A stretch of DNA of 64,000 nucleotides, from NCBI RefSeq assembly GCF_009914755.1, contig NC_060936.1. One strand, given 5' to 3'. The position numbers and the translations under genes were made by a program. The DNA is from the human T2T-CHM13v2.0 reference genome, Homo sapiens. Positions 1-13,520 of this stretch are shown here, in pieces; position 1 is the stretch's first letter; every line of letters starts with the position of its first letter. Below the pieces are notes generated by a model, which did not search any database, was not told where the DNA came from, and saw only the letters and a program-made list of their open reading frames with translations.

Positions 1-1668
1 TGGGGGCTTGGTCATCATTGCCTTTGGCAGCAGTTTGTCATTGCTGGATCACTGGAGGGCTAGCACGAGCCTGGGATGGGCTTTGATGTTCTGGTTTCAG
101 GAGCATCTGTGCAGTCATCCACAGGTCACCTGTTAGCCGGAGGAGTTCAGTATCCCTGAAGGGCTGAAAGATGAAAGCTGGGAGAGTTACAAGGATGAAG
201 ACAGAGACCCCCTGGAAAGAGTTAAAGGTTACTCAGCCTTAGGGGAAGATTTGCCCCGTTCGAGACCCTGACAGCCGCCAATTGCTACACTACACCATCC
301 CCGAAACCCCTAAGGTAGGCAGTTATTCATTGCTTTTGTGAAAGGTTAAGAGACTCACACAAACACAGCTGTTGGCAACAAAACCCAGACTAAAACATCC
401 CTGAAGGCGAGACAAGGTTTCCTCACAAAACCTCACATTGAAAGACTAGGAAGACACTGGTCTCACATTTAGAAGTTGTGCAGCTTCGCTCCAAAAACTG
501 ATGCATGAGCCCAAGACAATCTCATCTTGGAGGTCTTTGACTTTGCCATCTCCAACCTCATAACCACATTGAGCTTAGGTAAGGATAGGGACTTCCAGAG
601 CCTGGCCTCTTTACTCTCACCCAAGGGAGGTTCAGGGAAAGACAAGTTACCAGGCTGAGCCAGCTATTGTTTCAGAGCATAGAGCACTACTGTTCCAGCA
701 GTGTAGAATGTTGAAAACAGACTTGTTACAACCCATCCTCTTGACTCCCTAGGGAATACCAAGTGTTTGCTATATTGCAATCAACTGCTAGTAGCTGCCA
801 GGAATATGGAGAACTCCAGATCCATGTAGAAGCTCACTATAAGCCAAGTTCCGTGATGGATTAGCAATGTCTACCACTGGTGCAGGGAGGAATGGTGGCA
901 GGACTTGCCATGCAGTGAGCAATTCTCACTCCATTTTCAATAGGAAAGGGAGGGCTCAGGACTGTCAGGATTGGTTTCCTTGCCCTTGATGTGGCACTGC
1001 CCTGGTCCCTACAATTCTACAAGAACATAAAGGGGGGGGAAAAGAGTAGGTAATCCTAGCAAACATTTGGAGACAACAGCCCAGGAGCTACTTCCCTCTC
1101 GAGGGTAGAAGGTAGTGAGGTCTCAGTGTACCACTATAAAGGACACTCGAGTTCTTGGGTGGTGAGTACAAAGCTGGCACAAGGACTCCTTCTGACCTAG
1201 AGGGGGCAGCACTCACCCATCATAGGGATTTTTCCATGCGAAGTTAAGATCTCAGGAGGAATCCTTTTGCGCCTTCTTACAAGGGGCATTCGAGAGTTCT
1301 TCTCCCACCACAGCCAGGAAGTCGTGTCAGGAGAGGTCTAGTTCATTATCGCCTATAAGTATAAGTTGTGAGTGATGACAGCATTAGTAGCAGAGCTAGT
1401 TTAAGTGAGACTTAGGTATGCTTTGGACATTATACAAGCTGGAAGGATGCAGCTTTTAGTCTTAGGCAGCCTTCTTAATTTGGGATATGTAGAGTTCATG
1501 TCTTAAAAGCTGCGTCTATGCAGAGAAATTATCTGGTAGAACATACTTAAGTCCCTGAAGATGAGACTCAGCCCCAGAGCTCCAGAATCTCATGTTCCAG
1601 CTACAGGTGCTGGGGTCAGTGAGAGCCAACATCTCTGTCCTCAGGGAGGCTAGCAGGGGATGCCATAA

Positions 1669-2183
1669 GTGGTAGAGCAGCATCCGCACAGGTGTGGCCC
1701 AAGGCATACCCTATGTGGGTATGCCTCATATAACCCTTCGAGTGGGCAGACCTTGTGCATGAGATCATGCATATGATTGTTCTGTTATAGGACAAGATTG
1801 TCCTGGGTGGGCCTGACACAGTCACACAAGCCCTTTAAAGGGAAGTCAGACTCAAAGCCTAGAAGGATTCGACACAGTTGCTGGCTTGAAAGTGGAGCTA
1901 CATAGCAAAGGATGCGGGAAGCCCTTCGGAGGAAAGCAGCCCGCAGTTGACAGCCACAAAGATACTGCAGTCCTACACTCTAAGAACTCAAGTTGTACCA
2001 ACAAGAATGAGCTTGGAAGCTGACACATCCCCTAGAGCCTTCAGATGAGAATGTAGCCCAGCTAACACCTTGATTTCAGCCTTGGGATACCAGAACAGTC
2101 TCAGTCACTGCCTGGATGACTGGCCTACAGAGCTGAGCTGCTGTTTTATGCTGCTAAGTTTGTGTTATGCAGCAATAGAAAAC
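1669..2183 (+). mobile_element. MaLR solo LTR, MLT1E-like, eroded by small deletions
   Basis: Motifs 'gggtgggcctgac', 'gaaggattcgac', 'ttgctggcttgaa', 'cagtcctaca', 'aatgagcttggaag', 'acaccttgatttcagcc' and the 3' end 'ttgtgttatgcagcaatagaaaac' occur in MLT1E order. Confidence 0.75.
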
Positions 2184-4139
2184 AGGCTATTTGTATTAGT
2201 TATGTCTGTTATGTCTGTGCTTTGTCATAGCTTAAGCACTGCAGGGAGACTGAGCTTGGTTGTGGGGATTTTTGGCAGCCTTTCAGGTAATACCTTTGAG
2301 ATGGTGCAATTTTGTCTACTATTCTGTTGCAGATAAAGGCAGAGGCTTGAAATGATTCTTAGTGAGTCTTACTAGACCAGGAACAAATTGGGTTGATTCA
2401 TCTAGCTGAGGCTGGAAGTTGTCAGTATAGTTTTAGAAGGCCCTCGGGCATTAGGATGTGTTACCATCATTGAGGTCTGTACCATTTGGACTGTAGAGAG
2501 GACTTCTTGGGATAAGATACTTCTAAGCTGGCATCTCCCCTGTGAGTGAAGCTCACCCCCCAGAGGCCAACGCCTAAGGCATGAATTTGAATCTCAGTCT
2601 ACATTTAGGACTAGTTCCCTTAGGAGGGATGTCAATCAAGAAGAACACCCAATATTGTGGGATCTACATTTGAGCATCCACTGTGGGCCAGGAGCCTGAA
2701 GTTAGTTCACTATTAAGGGTATTAGAGATAGAGAAAGATACTTGGAGACAAGAGCTTGTCTGGTACACGCAGCTCTTTGTTGTGTCTTGGATTTAATAGG
2801 AATCAAGAGCCCTTTTGTGAGGGTGGAGCAAGACAAATAGACTTTGAAAGTCCAGAACTGGGGCAAGCTGCCTTTGAGAACAGCAGCAGCTAACATCTGA
2901 CTCACAGCAGACTAAGCCAGCCAAGACCTCTTGACTAAAAGCTTAGAATTTTAGCATTGTCTTCAGCCTAGACTAACCCTAGCTAAGTTTGCTAAGGACT
3001 GGATTTGGACTGAGAAGTTTGACTCCTACAGATGCATGTGAGCTTAAGGAGTCTATGCTCTGCCAAGAGCATACTTCCGTTTTACAGTGGTGTTGCTGAC
3101 AGGCATACTCTTGCTTCACCCGAGGGTCAACCCCGAGTTTCTCCCCTCCATTCTAGGTTATATTCCAGGATGTTGTGCTTGGCCACCTTGCTTTCATCAG
3201 TGGCCTGTCAGCACAGCAGGAACCCAGAGGGCCTACCTTCAATATTCAGCCTACCTGGAGAGACAGAACCACACCACACGATCTTGAGGCTTATTCCATG
3301 GTGGTTATTGAAGGGATGTCTTCTCATCCGGTGTTCTGAACACTTTTTCAAGACCACAGCTTCTGACCCTTGCCCTCTTCTACAGCTCACTTGAGCTCTA
3401 GGACAGCTGTCTCTCCTTGCACAGGCTCTGTACTACCTGCCCCGCAGGTCTATGCACAGGGTATTCCCTCTGCTTAGAGGGCTTTCCAACCCACTTGGCT
3501 TCCTGGGATATGAGAGTGCAGTGAGCCCTCAGCTAAGGGAGGTCAGGGGATTGTGGGAGTCCATAGGAGACTACCTATAAAAGGTTTCCCAGGGAGGGTA
3601 ATCCACTGCCTTTTGAAAGGCTTATATAGTCTGACTTCTCTACTTACCCCCTAACAATTAGGTCAGGCTCCTGGGCCTGGAACTGAGCACATACCCTGTG
3701 CCGGTTACGTTCTGAAAGGATAAGAGAAAGCAGGCATTTTAAGAAAGGCTTGCAGTGAGGAGATGTTGTATATCAAGGCTCAGATGAAGGGGCCAGGAGG
3801 TGAAGCCCTAGAAGAAAGCTGGAGTGGATTTTGTCCTGTGGGCTGCTTCTCCCGAAACCCAGGTGCACATGGCTTTTGTATCTTCTCTACTGGACAGTCA
3901 CTTCAATTTCTAGAAGACACTTCATTGTGTGGACAGCCACCCCATCCTTCCTTGTTCTCAATCAATGCCATGCCAGAACTCAGCCTTAAGAGCATGCATT
4001 ATTTATCTCTAATGGGAATAGTTATTCACAGCATTAATCAATTAATGTAGATATTTCATCAGGGCTCTGAGTAGCAGGGAAAGGGAGGACCTGAAGATTC
4101 GGGGCAATCATTGCTAATTCAAGAGCTAGGGCTGACCAC

Positions 4140-4250
4140 GCTAGCTCAAAACTTTGAGCAAGAAATTTCCCCTAGACAGGCCTCAGTTTCCCCTATTTGT
4201 ATAAAGAAGGGTATGTCCAAAGGGTATGGCTAAATGACTCAAGGACCCCC
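4140..4250 (+). mobile_element. Degraded MIR SINE fragment
   Basis: MIR core 'actttgagcaag...ggcctcagtttcccctatttgtataa'. Confidence 0.6.
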
Positions 4251-5049
4251 AGCACTCATCTTTATAACTATTAAAGGGACCTGAAGAGGAAGTTAGACTT
4301 CCCAGGAATAGGTGGCCAACACAGCTGAAGCAACTTTAGCTTAGACACCTCCAGGAGTTTTGGGAAATTTTTTTTGGGAGGTGGGGGGGACGGTGCTAAG
4401 TGACTCATACACCCAGAGGCAGCTAAGTTTGCTTGCCATGATCAGCAGCTCAGCTTCTTAGACCTCCCTGCCTAGGGTAAGGGTTGATTCTCACTTTCGA
4501 TGTAAGTAACGCATACTCATGACTCAAGTCAAATAGGAGAAATGCAAAGCCTGCAAAAGCTCGACTTTTTATCTACTTGCGACTTGCCTGGTTTTGGATC
4601 TTAGGATCATTTGATTCGGTCTATGACTTGTTTCACTGAGCTGAACCATAAGCTTGACTCTACACCCAGTCATTATTTAGATTTTAGTTTTGCCTTATAA
4701 GCCTTTACTCGGGGCTTTAAGTATCTATGGGGTAAATGTTTCAGTTACTGGCTTTGCTTTCCAACTCCTGTGAATACCCTTAACTCATCTCCAAGGACCA
4801 CTGTACTATTGGAAACCTCATGTGATCTATGGACATCCTGTGTGTCAGTTTCCTCTTGCCTGCTGCAGGAGCTAATTGTTACTTGAGATCTGACCTGTGT
4901 CAAAGTTACATGACTAGTCAGAGGTTCAGCCCCACAGCAGCATCAAGTTCTACAGCTTGTTCATGTCACTTACATGTTCTCCTACCCTAGGCTTCTGTTT
5001 CAGTTGATGCTGCCACTATCTGCTTAGCCCAGAATTAGGATTTGGCATT

Positions 5050-5500
5050 TTCTTCTTGTCCCCTCATCCAATGTCTAGTCCTTCAAATCCTGTTACCTCT
5101 TCAAGGGAGAAATCTACTTTTGTCTCATCCTTACTGATCAAAGTCCCATCTCACCTGGGAAATGAATAGCTTCCTAACCAATACCTCATCTTACTCCCTG
5201 AAGTCCATTCAGAGCTACAGTGATTGAGGGAAAGCAACGTGCCACTTTTGGGATAAAGCTTATTGTTTTGTCCTTAATAAGGAACTATAGAGCTTAGCCT
5301 CTCTGCACCCTCAGCCTCTAAGCACACACTGCCCTCATACACACACTATGCTCTAGTCATTTGTCCCAGGCTCATTCCTGCCTTGGGACCTTTGCACTAG
5401 CTGTTCTACTTTGGATGCTTTCCTGAGATCTTTGCAGAATCCATTATAGTTCAGACATTTGTTTAGATGCTACTTTTCAGAGGTCTTCCTGGACTCCCAA
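5050..5500 (+). mobile_element. Degraded L2 LINE fragment
   Basis: L2 3' motifs 'catctcacctgg...aatagcttcctaac', 'cctgccttgggacctttgcactagctgttc', 'tttcagaggtcttcctggac'. Confidence 0.6.
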
Positions 5501-7369
5501 GTCTGAAGTTACAGTAAACCCTATGCTGTGTTCAGGCTTAAGAGCATGAGTTAGATAGGATGAAGTTCTACGCCGGGGTATATGGTTCAAATTTACAAAA
5601 TGAATGCACTAAGTGTTAGAAAGCCTCAGGCATGTGAGAGGGAGATCCCCCGGGGAATCCTCTAGATTAAAGATATCACCTAGACAGATCACATTTCAGG
5701 ATGGCTAGGATACTTCCTAAAAGCATTTGAAGACTTTTGCTTATTACTGAAAATGCATAGATGTAGAGACTCGTCTCCCACAGGGTACTTTAAGTCAAAT
5801 GCAAATGGCTAGGACTAGAGGTGGTCTTGAGCTTGAGTCCAGGTTTACAGAGAGTTTGTCTATTCTTTATGCTTGTTCTTGGGTTAGTGTCTGGTACATA
5901 GCAACACTGACCTATCCCTCTTGTTTAGCCCCAGAAACCATTTTAGGTGACTTCAGACTGGTTTCAGAAATGACTTAGTCTGACTTGGGTCAAAGCAGAA
6001 GAACTTGAAGTTAGAGATCAGTGCCTGGAACAGGCCCGCTGTCCTTCAGCACAATGTTGTCTCTAGTAGGAACTGAGATGTTAGTCTTTGCCGTGTTCAC
6101 CATGTTACCACTGGAAGTTTTGCACCAAGAACTCCACTTTCTCAAGTGAGGCTTCCTCTGACTTGATACTTCCCCCTGGAATTCAACTGTCACTCAGGAA
6201 GTGACATGAAAGCCTTCAAGGCTGTGACAGCATCACACTGGTCAGCCTGATCAACCTATTTATAACAAGGCCATGGAAGGCAAACAGCCTTTCTCTACCG
6301 GGAACCCAGTGAGCTGAAGTTGTGCCTGACACTTTGTAAGTGGAACAAGGCCAGAGCCATCGAGCCTAGTAAAGCAAGACTGAAGTCAGTTTACCTGGGG
6401 TAGGAAGAGGAAGAGGGAGCATCAGTTGAGAAGTGGAGACATAACTAGCAGGTTAGAATGTGAAGAGGTGGCAGCCAAGTCCCCATGTCAGAATCTAAGG
6501 GCACTAGGAGCGACTGATAAACCTGTTTCACATACGAAGATGGTAGAGGCATGAAGAGACCTAACTGTCAGTTGTAGTTGCCATTCTGCCTAGGTCAGTG
6601 GGCTCAATTTGGAAAGATGCCCCTGAGGTGGCTGAGCAAGTCAGGTGTGGGTTCACACTTGACCCAAGGCAGGTGGGCCCCATCCGAACCTTGTTTTCCC
6701 TCATGAGTTAGAGATCTGTTGATAATGCAAGCCCAAATGGGGAAGATCCAGGTTTATGTGGGGCCTGCACTAGTTTTAAGCCATAAGAATGAACCGAGTT
6801 CAGAGGCTTAGAGCCAAGTCTAAGCTTCAACTTGATGTATTGATCAGTGCCTCACACATGATTCAGGTGGGATCACATTGTCAACAGCATTTCAGGAGGG
6901 GAAGGGTCACAGAGCTGTGAAGTTACTGACAGCATTACTACTGATGCGCATATTGGGCTGACACCCATTGCAGTTGTAGGAATCATTTTTGTGAAGTGAG
7001 ACAGTCCTATCAGAGCAAAGAACATGGGTACTATAGACAGCTGTCAAGGAGGTGGCAATAACATTAGTATATGACGTGTTTGCAGTTTTGATGATGAGAT
7101 CTTTAGCGTAAAATCCTGTGAGGAAGATACCTTACCATCCTTTCACATGAAAGAGATCAGAGATGACAGGTCACCATCAAAGGGAAGGCCAGGCCAGCCC
7201 ACCTGCCTTCCCATTTCTGCTTTATGTCCACCCCAAGAGCTACCTGTTTTAATTTAAGCTTATTTAACTCCTTTAGGGAAAGCAGGATTTCTTTGCATCA
7301 TCTAGAATTGGGTCAGAGACCAATGCAGCTCTAGGGGCCACACACCCTCAAGTACCCCACTGTCTGCCT

Positions 7370-8128
7370 GTATGGCAGAAACAGCTTAAGCATACCCTGA
7401 GAATGACCCTGTATGGCACACACAACAGCAATAACTTAAGCACGCCCTGAGAATGGCCCTATGTCAGAGTATGTTTCAAGTTCCCAGCTAAGGAATGCAG
7501 GAGTGGCCAGCCCGGAGATCTATTCCTTGTCTGAGGAACACCTGAACCCCTGGGCCATCCTACGGACACAGGCCATACAGGGGGATTGGGGCACTGAGGG
7601 TTGGGTTAAATGAAGGCTACCAGGTGGAGGTTAGGGGAAGGTGAAGAGGAAGCTGTATGAACTGCACGCTTTTTATTTTAAGACAGAGTCTCGCTCTGTC
7701 TCCCCAGGCTGGAGTGCAGTGGCACAATCTCAGCTCACTGCAACCTCCACTCCCAGGTTCAGATGATTCTCCTGCCTCAGCCTCTTGAGTAGCTGGGAAT
7801 ACAGGCACCCCACCACCATGCCCGGCTAATTTTTGTATTTCTAGTAGAGATGGGGTTTCCCCACGTTGGTCAGGCTGGTCTTGAACTCCTGACCTCGTGG
7901 ATCCGCCCACCTCAGCCTCCCAAAGTGCTGGGATTACAGGTGTGAGCTACCGCACCTGGCCAACTGCATGCTTTTAAAGAGACCAGATGCAGTTGTCAGG
8001 TCTATTGCCACTTGACTGCTCCGCAGTTCCCTTGAGTAAACAGTCTTGTTCACTAGAGCTCCGAGTCTCTTCAGCCTCTTGAAGACAATGCCATCCCTTG
8101 TTGAAGTCAATAGGGATCTGGTGTGACA
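7370..8128 (+). mobile_element. ERV solo LTR (LTR47-like) interrupted by an Alu
   Basis: Duplicated 'cttaagcataccctgagaatgacc' unit, 'agctaaggaatgcaggagtggccagcccggagat' and 'gggttaaatgaagg'; ends '...ctggtgtgaca'. Confidence 0.6.
7674..7961 (-). mobile_element. Alu (AluSg-like) with very short tail
   Basis: Dimeric Alu on the minus strand with the 'cctgacctcgtg' diagnostic; 14-bp TSD aactgca(c/t)gctttt at 7660-7673 and 7962-7975. Confidence 0.95.
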
Positions 8129-9045
8129 CTGCCTTTGGGCATAGGTATTTCCCTCCCCAATAAGTAGGAGGCTCTCCTGTAACTATAGCCTAGTCCCCCA
8201 CCACAGCTTCAGTAGCAATGATCCATGAGATCTTTCTACTCTGAAACTCAGTTCCCAGCTCAAAGTGAGAATCATTTAGCCAGTTACATATCAAGTGTAA
8301 CAGGAAGTGAGGTATACACACCAAACCATGTCATCTCTCAGCAGGCCCCCACCAGAGCCATGAGTCTCCTCAGTCCAGTCAGCTGTGGCCAAGGTCATAT
8401 CCTATGCCAGTTCAGCCTGCTTAAAGTTAAGGCTGAGTGGTAGTTCCGTCCAGTGCCACCAGCAGGTCCAACAGGGTGCAACTAAAGTGTAAGTTGGAGT
8501 TCCAGAAAGCACTGAGTGTCTCAAGGAATCAGATCATTGAGATCATAGGCCTTCCCCAGGTGAGTGCAGGAATGACAAGTTTGGGTCTGCTTAGCAGCCC
8601 ATTCCAGTGGTGGTGAGATGACAACTGAGCACCAGAGTTCTTGGTCTTGCCCTCTCCCTATATATGGGCAGCCACCATTCTTGGGCCCAAAGCTTAACAT
8701 CCTTAGGGCTGCCACTTGCCAAGTCTCACGATTAGCCAAGTTTTAGCCACTATATGCGCTTTGCCCTAACTGATGGAGCAATCCCTCCTCTTAAACCTCA
8801 GTCTAGTGGAAGAGAGGGAAGGATTGTTAGAAACTAAGGTTAAGTCAGCATGCATAGCAGACACATGGCAGAGGCTGACCTTCTGCCCTTTGATTTCAGA
8901 TGCCGATAGAACAGGCAGGGAAGGGATGGCATCTTCACTCAAGTACAGCCTTGCTTTCTGCCCAAAGGTGCATCTCAAACACATGCGTACCTTGTAAGTT
9001 TAGCCCCAGAGTCAATCCAACTAGTGAAGATGAGAGCCAGTGAAT

Positions 9046-9449
9046 TGAGGCAGGAGAATGGGAATTAGGGTAACCAAGGGTTAAGGCATGAGACAGGCAG
9101 GTGCAGCCAGTTGTAGACAAGGTTAGGCAGCACACAGGCCATGTCCTCACTCTTGAGATAGCCACTTCAGCCTTGGATTGGCCATGGGCCAATCCTTCAT
9201 AGCATGTAACCAAGTTAGAGGCCTCTAAAGGTCACCCTAGGGGTGTTAAGGTTTGTAGCTTAAACACCCTGAATAACATTGGGTGTCTTGAGCTGCTTCC
9301 TAGAGCCCTTTCCTACTCTAAGAGTGTACACTTTCATTTCAGTAGATCTGCACTGTTTTGCCATTCTTTTGCTTTATTTGTACATTTTGTTCAATGCTTT
9401 GATGTGCCAAGAACATGGACAATCGGTAAAGACTTTCCATCCAGTAACG
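9046..9449 (+). repeat. 5' LTR
   Basis: tgaggcaggagaatgggaattagggtaaccaagggttaaggc...ccagtaacg; aligns with 13874-14289. Confidence 0.9.
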
Positions 9450-9452
9450 TTT

Positions 9453-9469
9453 TGGTGAGCCAGCAGGAG
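9453..9469 (+). promoter_or_regulatory. Primer-binding site complementary to tRNA-Arg(ACG) 3' end; overlapping AG/GTAAG splice donor at 9468-9474
   Basis: tggtgagccagc-aggag versus TGGCGAGCCAGCCAGGAG (reverse complement of tRNA-Arg-ACG 3' end plus CCA): one CpG transition and one 1-nt deletion. Confidence 0.85.
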
Positions 9470-10212
9470 GTAAGCTCAGTTGTCTGGGGTTGTTTCCTTT
9501 TATCTTTGTCAAAGCTGCCATTTGCAGGCATGGGTCAGGCAGTTAAAAGCCACAACACCACCCACCAACTCAGTCTCCCATGACAGCTCAGTTATGGACC
9601 AAGACATCTAGGTCCTGCCAGGCACAAGAGGCATCTATGCAACAGTCAGGTTTGTGCGTGGTGTCCAAGATTTGATCACCTAACTTCTATCCTTGCCTTG
9701 TTGGTGCTTTGTGGGGACGAGGGAATGAAATTGCTGCATTTGAGAGCCCTATTACACCATCTGCATGCCCCTTGTTTATACTAGGAAAATGCAGAGAAAG
9801 ACAAACTTAAAGACCCCACATCTTCTTTCTTACCTTTTTCTGTCTAGACCCCAGAGTAAGTTAACAGCCACAGGGATTCATACCTTCTCTGGCCTCTCTG
9901 GTTATGAGAAGTACTAACCTTAAAGTTTTGGGCTAGAATGCAGGAAGATATGGCCTGTCTAAATTGGTGGGATACTAAAAGCTTGGGATTATATCCAGGA
10001 ACAAATGGGAAGGTCATAGGCTACCTATGAAGGGAAAACAAAGTGGTACCAGTGCCCACCTAAGGTCAGATGTCTGACACCAAGACTGAACCCTGAAGGG
10101 GGACACCCCTGGGGATCCAGTGCTAACTCCAAGACTTCCCCACCACAACACCCTAGGTGGAAGCTTTGGGTCAACAAATAAGCCCTCCTTAGGATCTCTT
10201 TTCCAGACTACT

Positions 10213-11501
10213 ATGGGAAACACTGTTCTGATTCTCCAACTCAGCTGCATCTTTGGCCATTAGAATCAATTATGACCTTGATAATCAGAGGAAACATTCA
10301 ATTTTTATTGTAAAGCTGTTTGGCCACAATACCAGCTAGACAGGAGCAGTGGCCAGAAAAATGGAAGGCTTAATCACAGGGTAGATGGTCAGGAATACTA
10401 TGTGTTCAAGCCTTTATGGTTTTGTATCAGAATCCTTCGATCTGCAGAAGTCCCAATATTGGCCCTCAAAAAGAAAGTCCTAAGATTGAGCCAGACATTG
10501 ATGACCCCTCCTACAAGGGCCACTCATCTCTCAGGGGTAACTATGGCCGCCCCCACATAACTGCTTGCCAAGTGCTCCAATCATGCAAGGCCAGAGGGAC
10601 AAATTACACTGAACCCAACACACCCAGAGTAGAATACCCTACTCAGCAGCTCCCCTGGCACTAAGAGGTTGTGAAAGTACTGGGGATGCTGGCAAGTTTG
10701 TGGATGGGTTCCAGTCTTTGGCTCTAGCTTTTGCTTTATCATGGAGATGTCCAATTCATTTTGGCAACCTGGTGCACCCCTATGGAAAAAGAATGAGGCT
10801 GCCTGCTGCAAGGCAGATGGCATGTCTGCCTGAAATCCCCAGGGCAGTCACCCGGGGCCCAGACATGGTGCCGACCAACAACTCTAATTGAGATGATATC
10901 CCTGTGGAAATGAACAGGTGAGCAAAGTTTGAGGCACTCCCTTGGAGAAATAGAAAAAAAAATAAACAAGGCCCTAAGTTATAAGGTCCCGGAAATTATA
11001 CAAGGGAAGGAAGAAAACCCAGCTATGTTTTATGGGAGATACATGAGGCCATCAGAAAACATGCAATTCTAGACCCTTCCTCTCAATGGTTATGCTAATG
11101 GTACAGCATTTTATCAGCCAGTCGGCCCTGACATCAGGTGCAAACTCAAAATTGCAAGTGGGACCACAAACTAAAATCAGTGTCTTGATACCCCATTTAT
11201 GTTGTAACAGTCATGACCTGGAGGGAAAAAGGTAAGAACAGCAAGTCAAAAATCATGGCAGCCATCATTAGCAACACCTGAAAAGCATCCGAGGACAACC
11301 CATAAGGATCATGCCAGAGTCTCTTGCCTCAAGTGCAAGAAAAATAGACACTGGGTAAAGGACTGTACACTAAGCCCCTGCTGTCTGTGTGAAGGCACTA
11401 GTCACAACTCCTGACAGTGGAGAATCAACTGCCCCCCACACTCCCATTGAGGGACTCAGTTGAGACTGGTAGTGCAAAGGGAGGAGCTAGGTTAAGACTG
11501 A
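10213..11501 (+). pseudogene. gag: ERV gag relic (frameshifted)
   Basis: ATG GGA AAC start (MGN); capsid MHR-like EIIQGKEENPAMFYGR at 10992-11039; intact zinc knuckle CLKCKKNRHWVKDC (CX2CX4HX4C) at 11325-11366; 'gactgaagggg' gag-pro stop context. Confidence 0.85.
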
Positions 11502-13520
11502 AGGGGCCTAGGGCTTCCTCACAGCCCCTGTCCAGGATCATTACTCTGAGGAGGCCCAGGTAACTCTGGACATGACAAGTTCCATTTTTCAGTATGGGGG
11601 CAAGTTACTGTCCTTACTGCTTATGCAGGAAAACTGTCCACTAGGACCATGACTGTTATAGGAATGGGGGTGGGGGAAGGCATTTCACCCCTCCTTTAGC
11701 CTGACAACTTGAGACAAGCTTTCCAGGAGCTCAGTAATACCATGCTGCCTGGCCCCCACTGTTGGAAAGGGATGTTGTGGTTAACATAGGGGTGCTGCTA
11801 CAATTTAAGCACCACTCAGGATTGCTAGTGGTCAGTGATGCAGGCAATGCTCCAGATCATGTCAATAGGTCAATCTATTATGGTATACTGGGAGGCCTGG
11901 AAGGACTAGAATGGCAGTGCCAAATACAGCTTGAAGACCCAATTTTCCCCAACCAAATACCCAATTAAGCTGGAAGCAAGAAAGGGCTTGGTGTCCGTAC
12001 TTAAGGAATTGCTTTCCCATAGACTAAAACCCTGCCGTTCTCCCTGCAATATTCCCATTTCACCTGTTTTACAACCTTTGGGGGAATATATGGTACAGAA
12101 TCTCAGGGCAATTAGTGAGGCTGTGGTCTTCACCCATTAGTGGCAGATCATGCTCATGCTGCCATTTGGAAAGAGATGACTACTAAGTGGTAAACATTCC
12201 CCCCAAAGCATGGGTCTGAAATTCAACTATTGGAAGCAATGTACTTGCCAGAGGCTGTAGCCATAATCCACTGTAGAAGGCATCAAAAGGACTTAACCCC
12301 AATAGCACAGGAAACAAAGAGGCCAAAGCAGCCCTGGGGTGCAATCTCAAATCTTAGCACCACTTCCTTTCTATGACTCCAATAGAACCCGAATATATAC
12401 CACAGGAATAAAGGAGCAATGAGGATGACAAGGAACCTGGCAGTATACGGGATCAGAACTATCTCCCTCAGCCCAATGAATGGAGGATTATAAAAACCCT
12501 GCATGACTCTTTCCATATGGAAAGATGCCACTCTAGCCATGGTACACAGGCTCTTCATTGAGCCTAACTTGCTTCAGTGGTTAAACGGGTCTGTCATCCT
12601 GTTCACTGCACGTTCGGCCACCCAGAAAACAGAATGCCTCCTCTAATAGAGCCAGTCCAGAGAAGGAGAGCTTATCCAGAAGACCGATAATTGGAGTTTA
12701 CCCACATGCCAGCTTGTAGAGAATACAAGTTTTTGCTAGTACTTAATAGACATGTTTACTGGGTGGGTTGAGCTTACTCTACCAGAAGGCTAGTGAGGTT
12801 ACAAGTTCTCTTAAAGCAGATAATCCCATAGTTTGGGGTTACCCCAAAGCCTCTAAAGTGATAACGGCTTGTCTTTTTTCTCCCAGATAACTTAAGGTAT
12901 TACTGAGGCTCTCAGTGTCAAATGCTATTTACATTCAGCTCAGAGGCCTCAGTCCTCCAGGAAAGTGGAAGGGGCGAGTCAAGCTAAAATGAGTGTTAGC
13001 TATGTCAGGAAACATCAAACTTGGGCTAGCTTACCGAATATAGGCCTCTTAAGAATTCATAACTGAGAGCAAGAAGTATTAGCCCATAAGTGCTTGTTAT
13101 ATGGGAGGCCATTTTTAACTAATGATCTCATAACTGATCCAGAAATGGCTGGGTTAATAAGATACCTAGTTAACCTGGGGCAATTTCAGCAGGCATTACA
13201 GGAGTTTGGAACTTAAAGACTCCTCCTACACCAGGAACTAACCAGCAAGCCAAGGTCAGGCCAGGAGATAATATATTTAAGACATAGAAAGAGGGGTCAC
13301 CCACTCAACTACAACCCAAATGGAAGGGACCTTTTTCAGTGGTGTTGGCCACACCTTCTGTGGTTGAAGTACTGGTTATTAGACAGTTGGATACATCTTT
13401 CCAGGGTCAAGCTTGCAATACCTGAAGCCCCGGACCTGGAACCTGAGGCTCCCGCCAGCTGCTATACCTGTGAACCTGTTGAAGACCTGAAGCGCCTGTT
13501 CAAAGACAGTCAGAAGTAGG
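11502..13520 (+). pseudogene. pol: ERV pro-pol relic: protease, RT N-terminus, RNase H C-terminus, integrase; RT core deleted
   Basis: ORF 11931-12140 YPIKLEARKGL...LKPCRSPCNIPISPVLQP...VQNLRAISEAV; HAHAAIWKE from 12149; integrase motifs LEFTHMP, DMFTGWVE, SL*SDNG, RPQSSRKVE, QPKWKGPF, SWIHLSRVK. Confidence 0.9.

Noticed and set aside
9453-9469. tRNA-like sequence
   Set aside because: Only the 17-nt retroviral PBS is present; there is no tRNA gene body.
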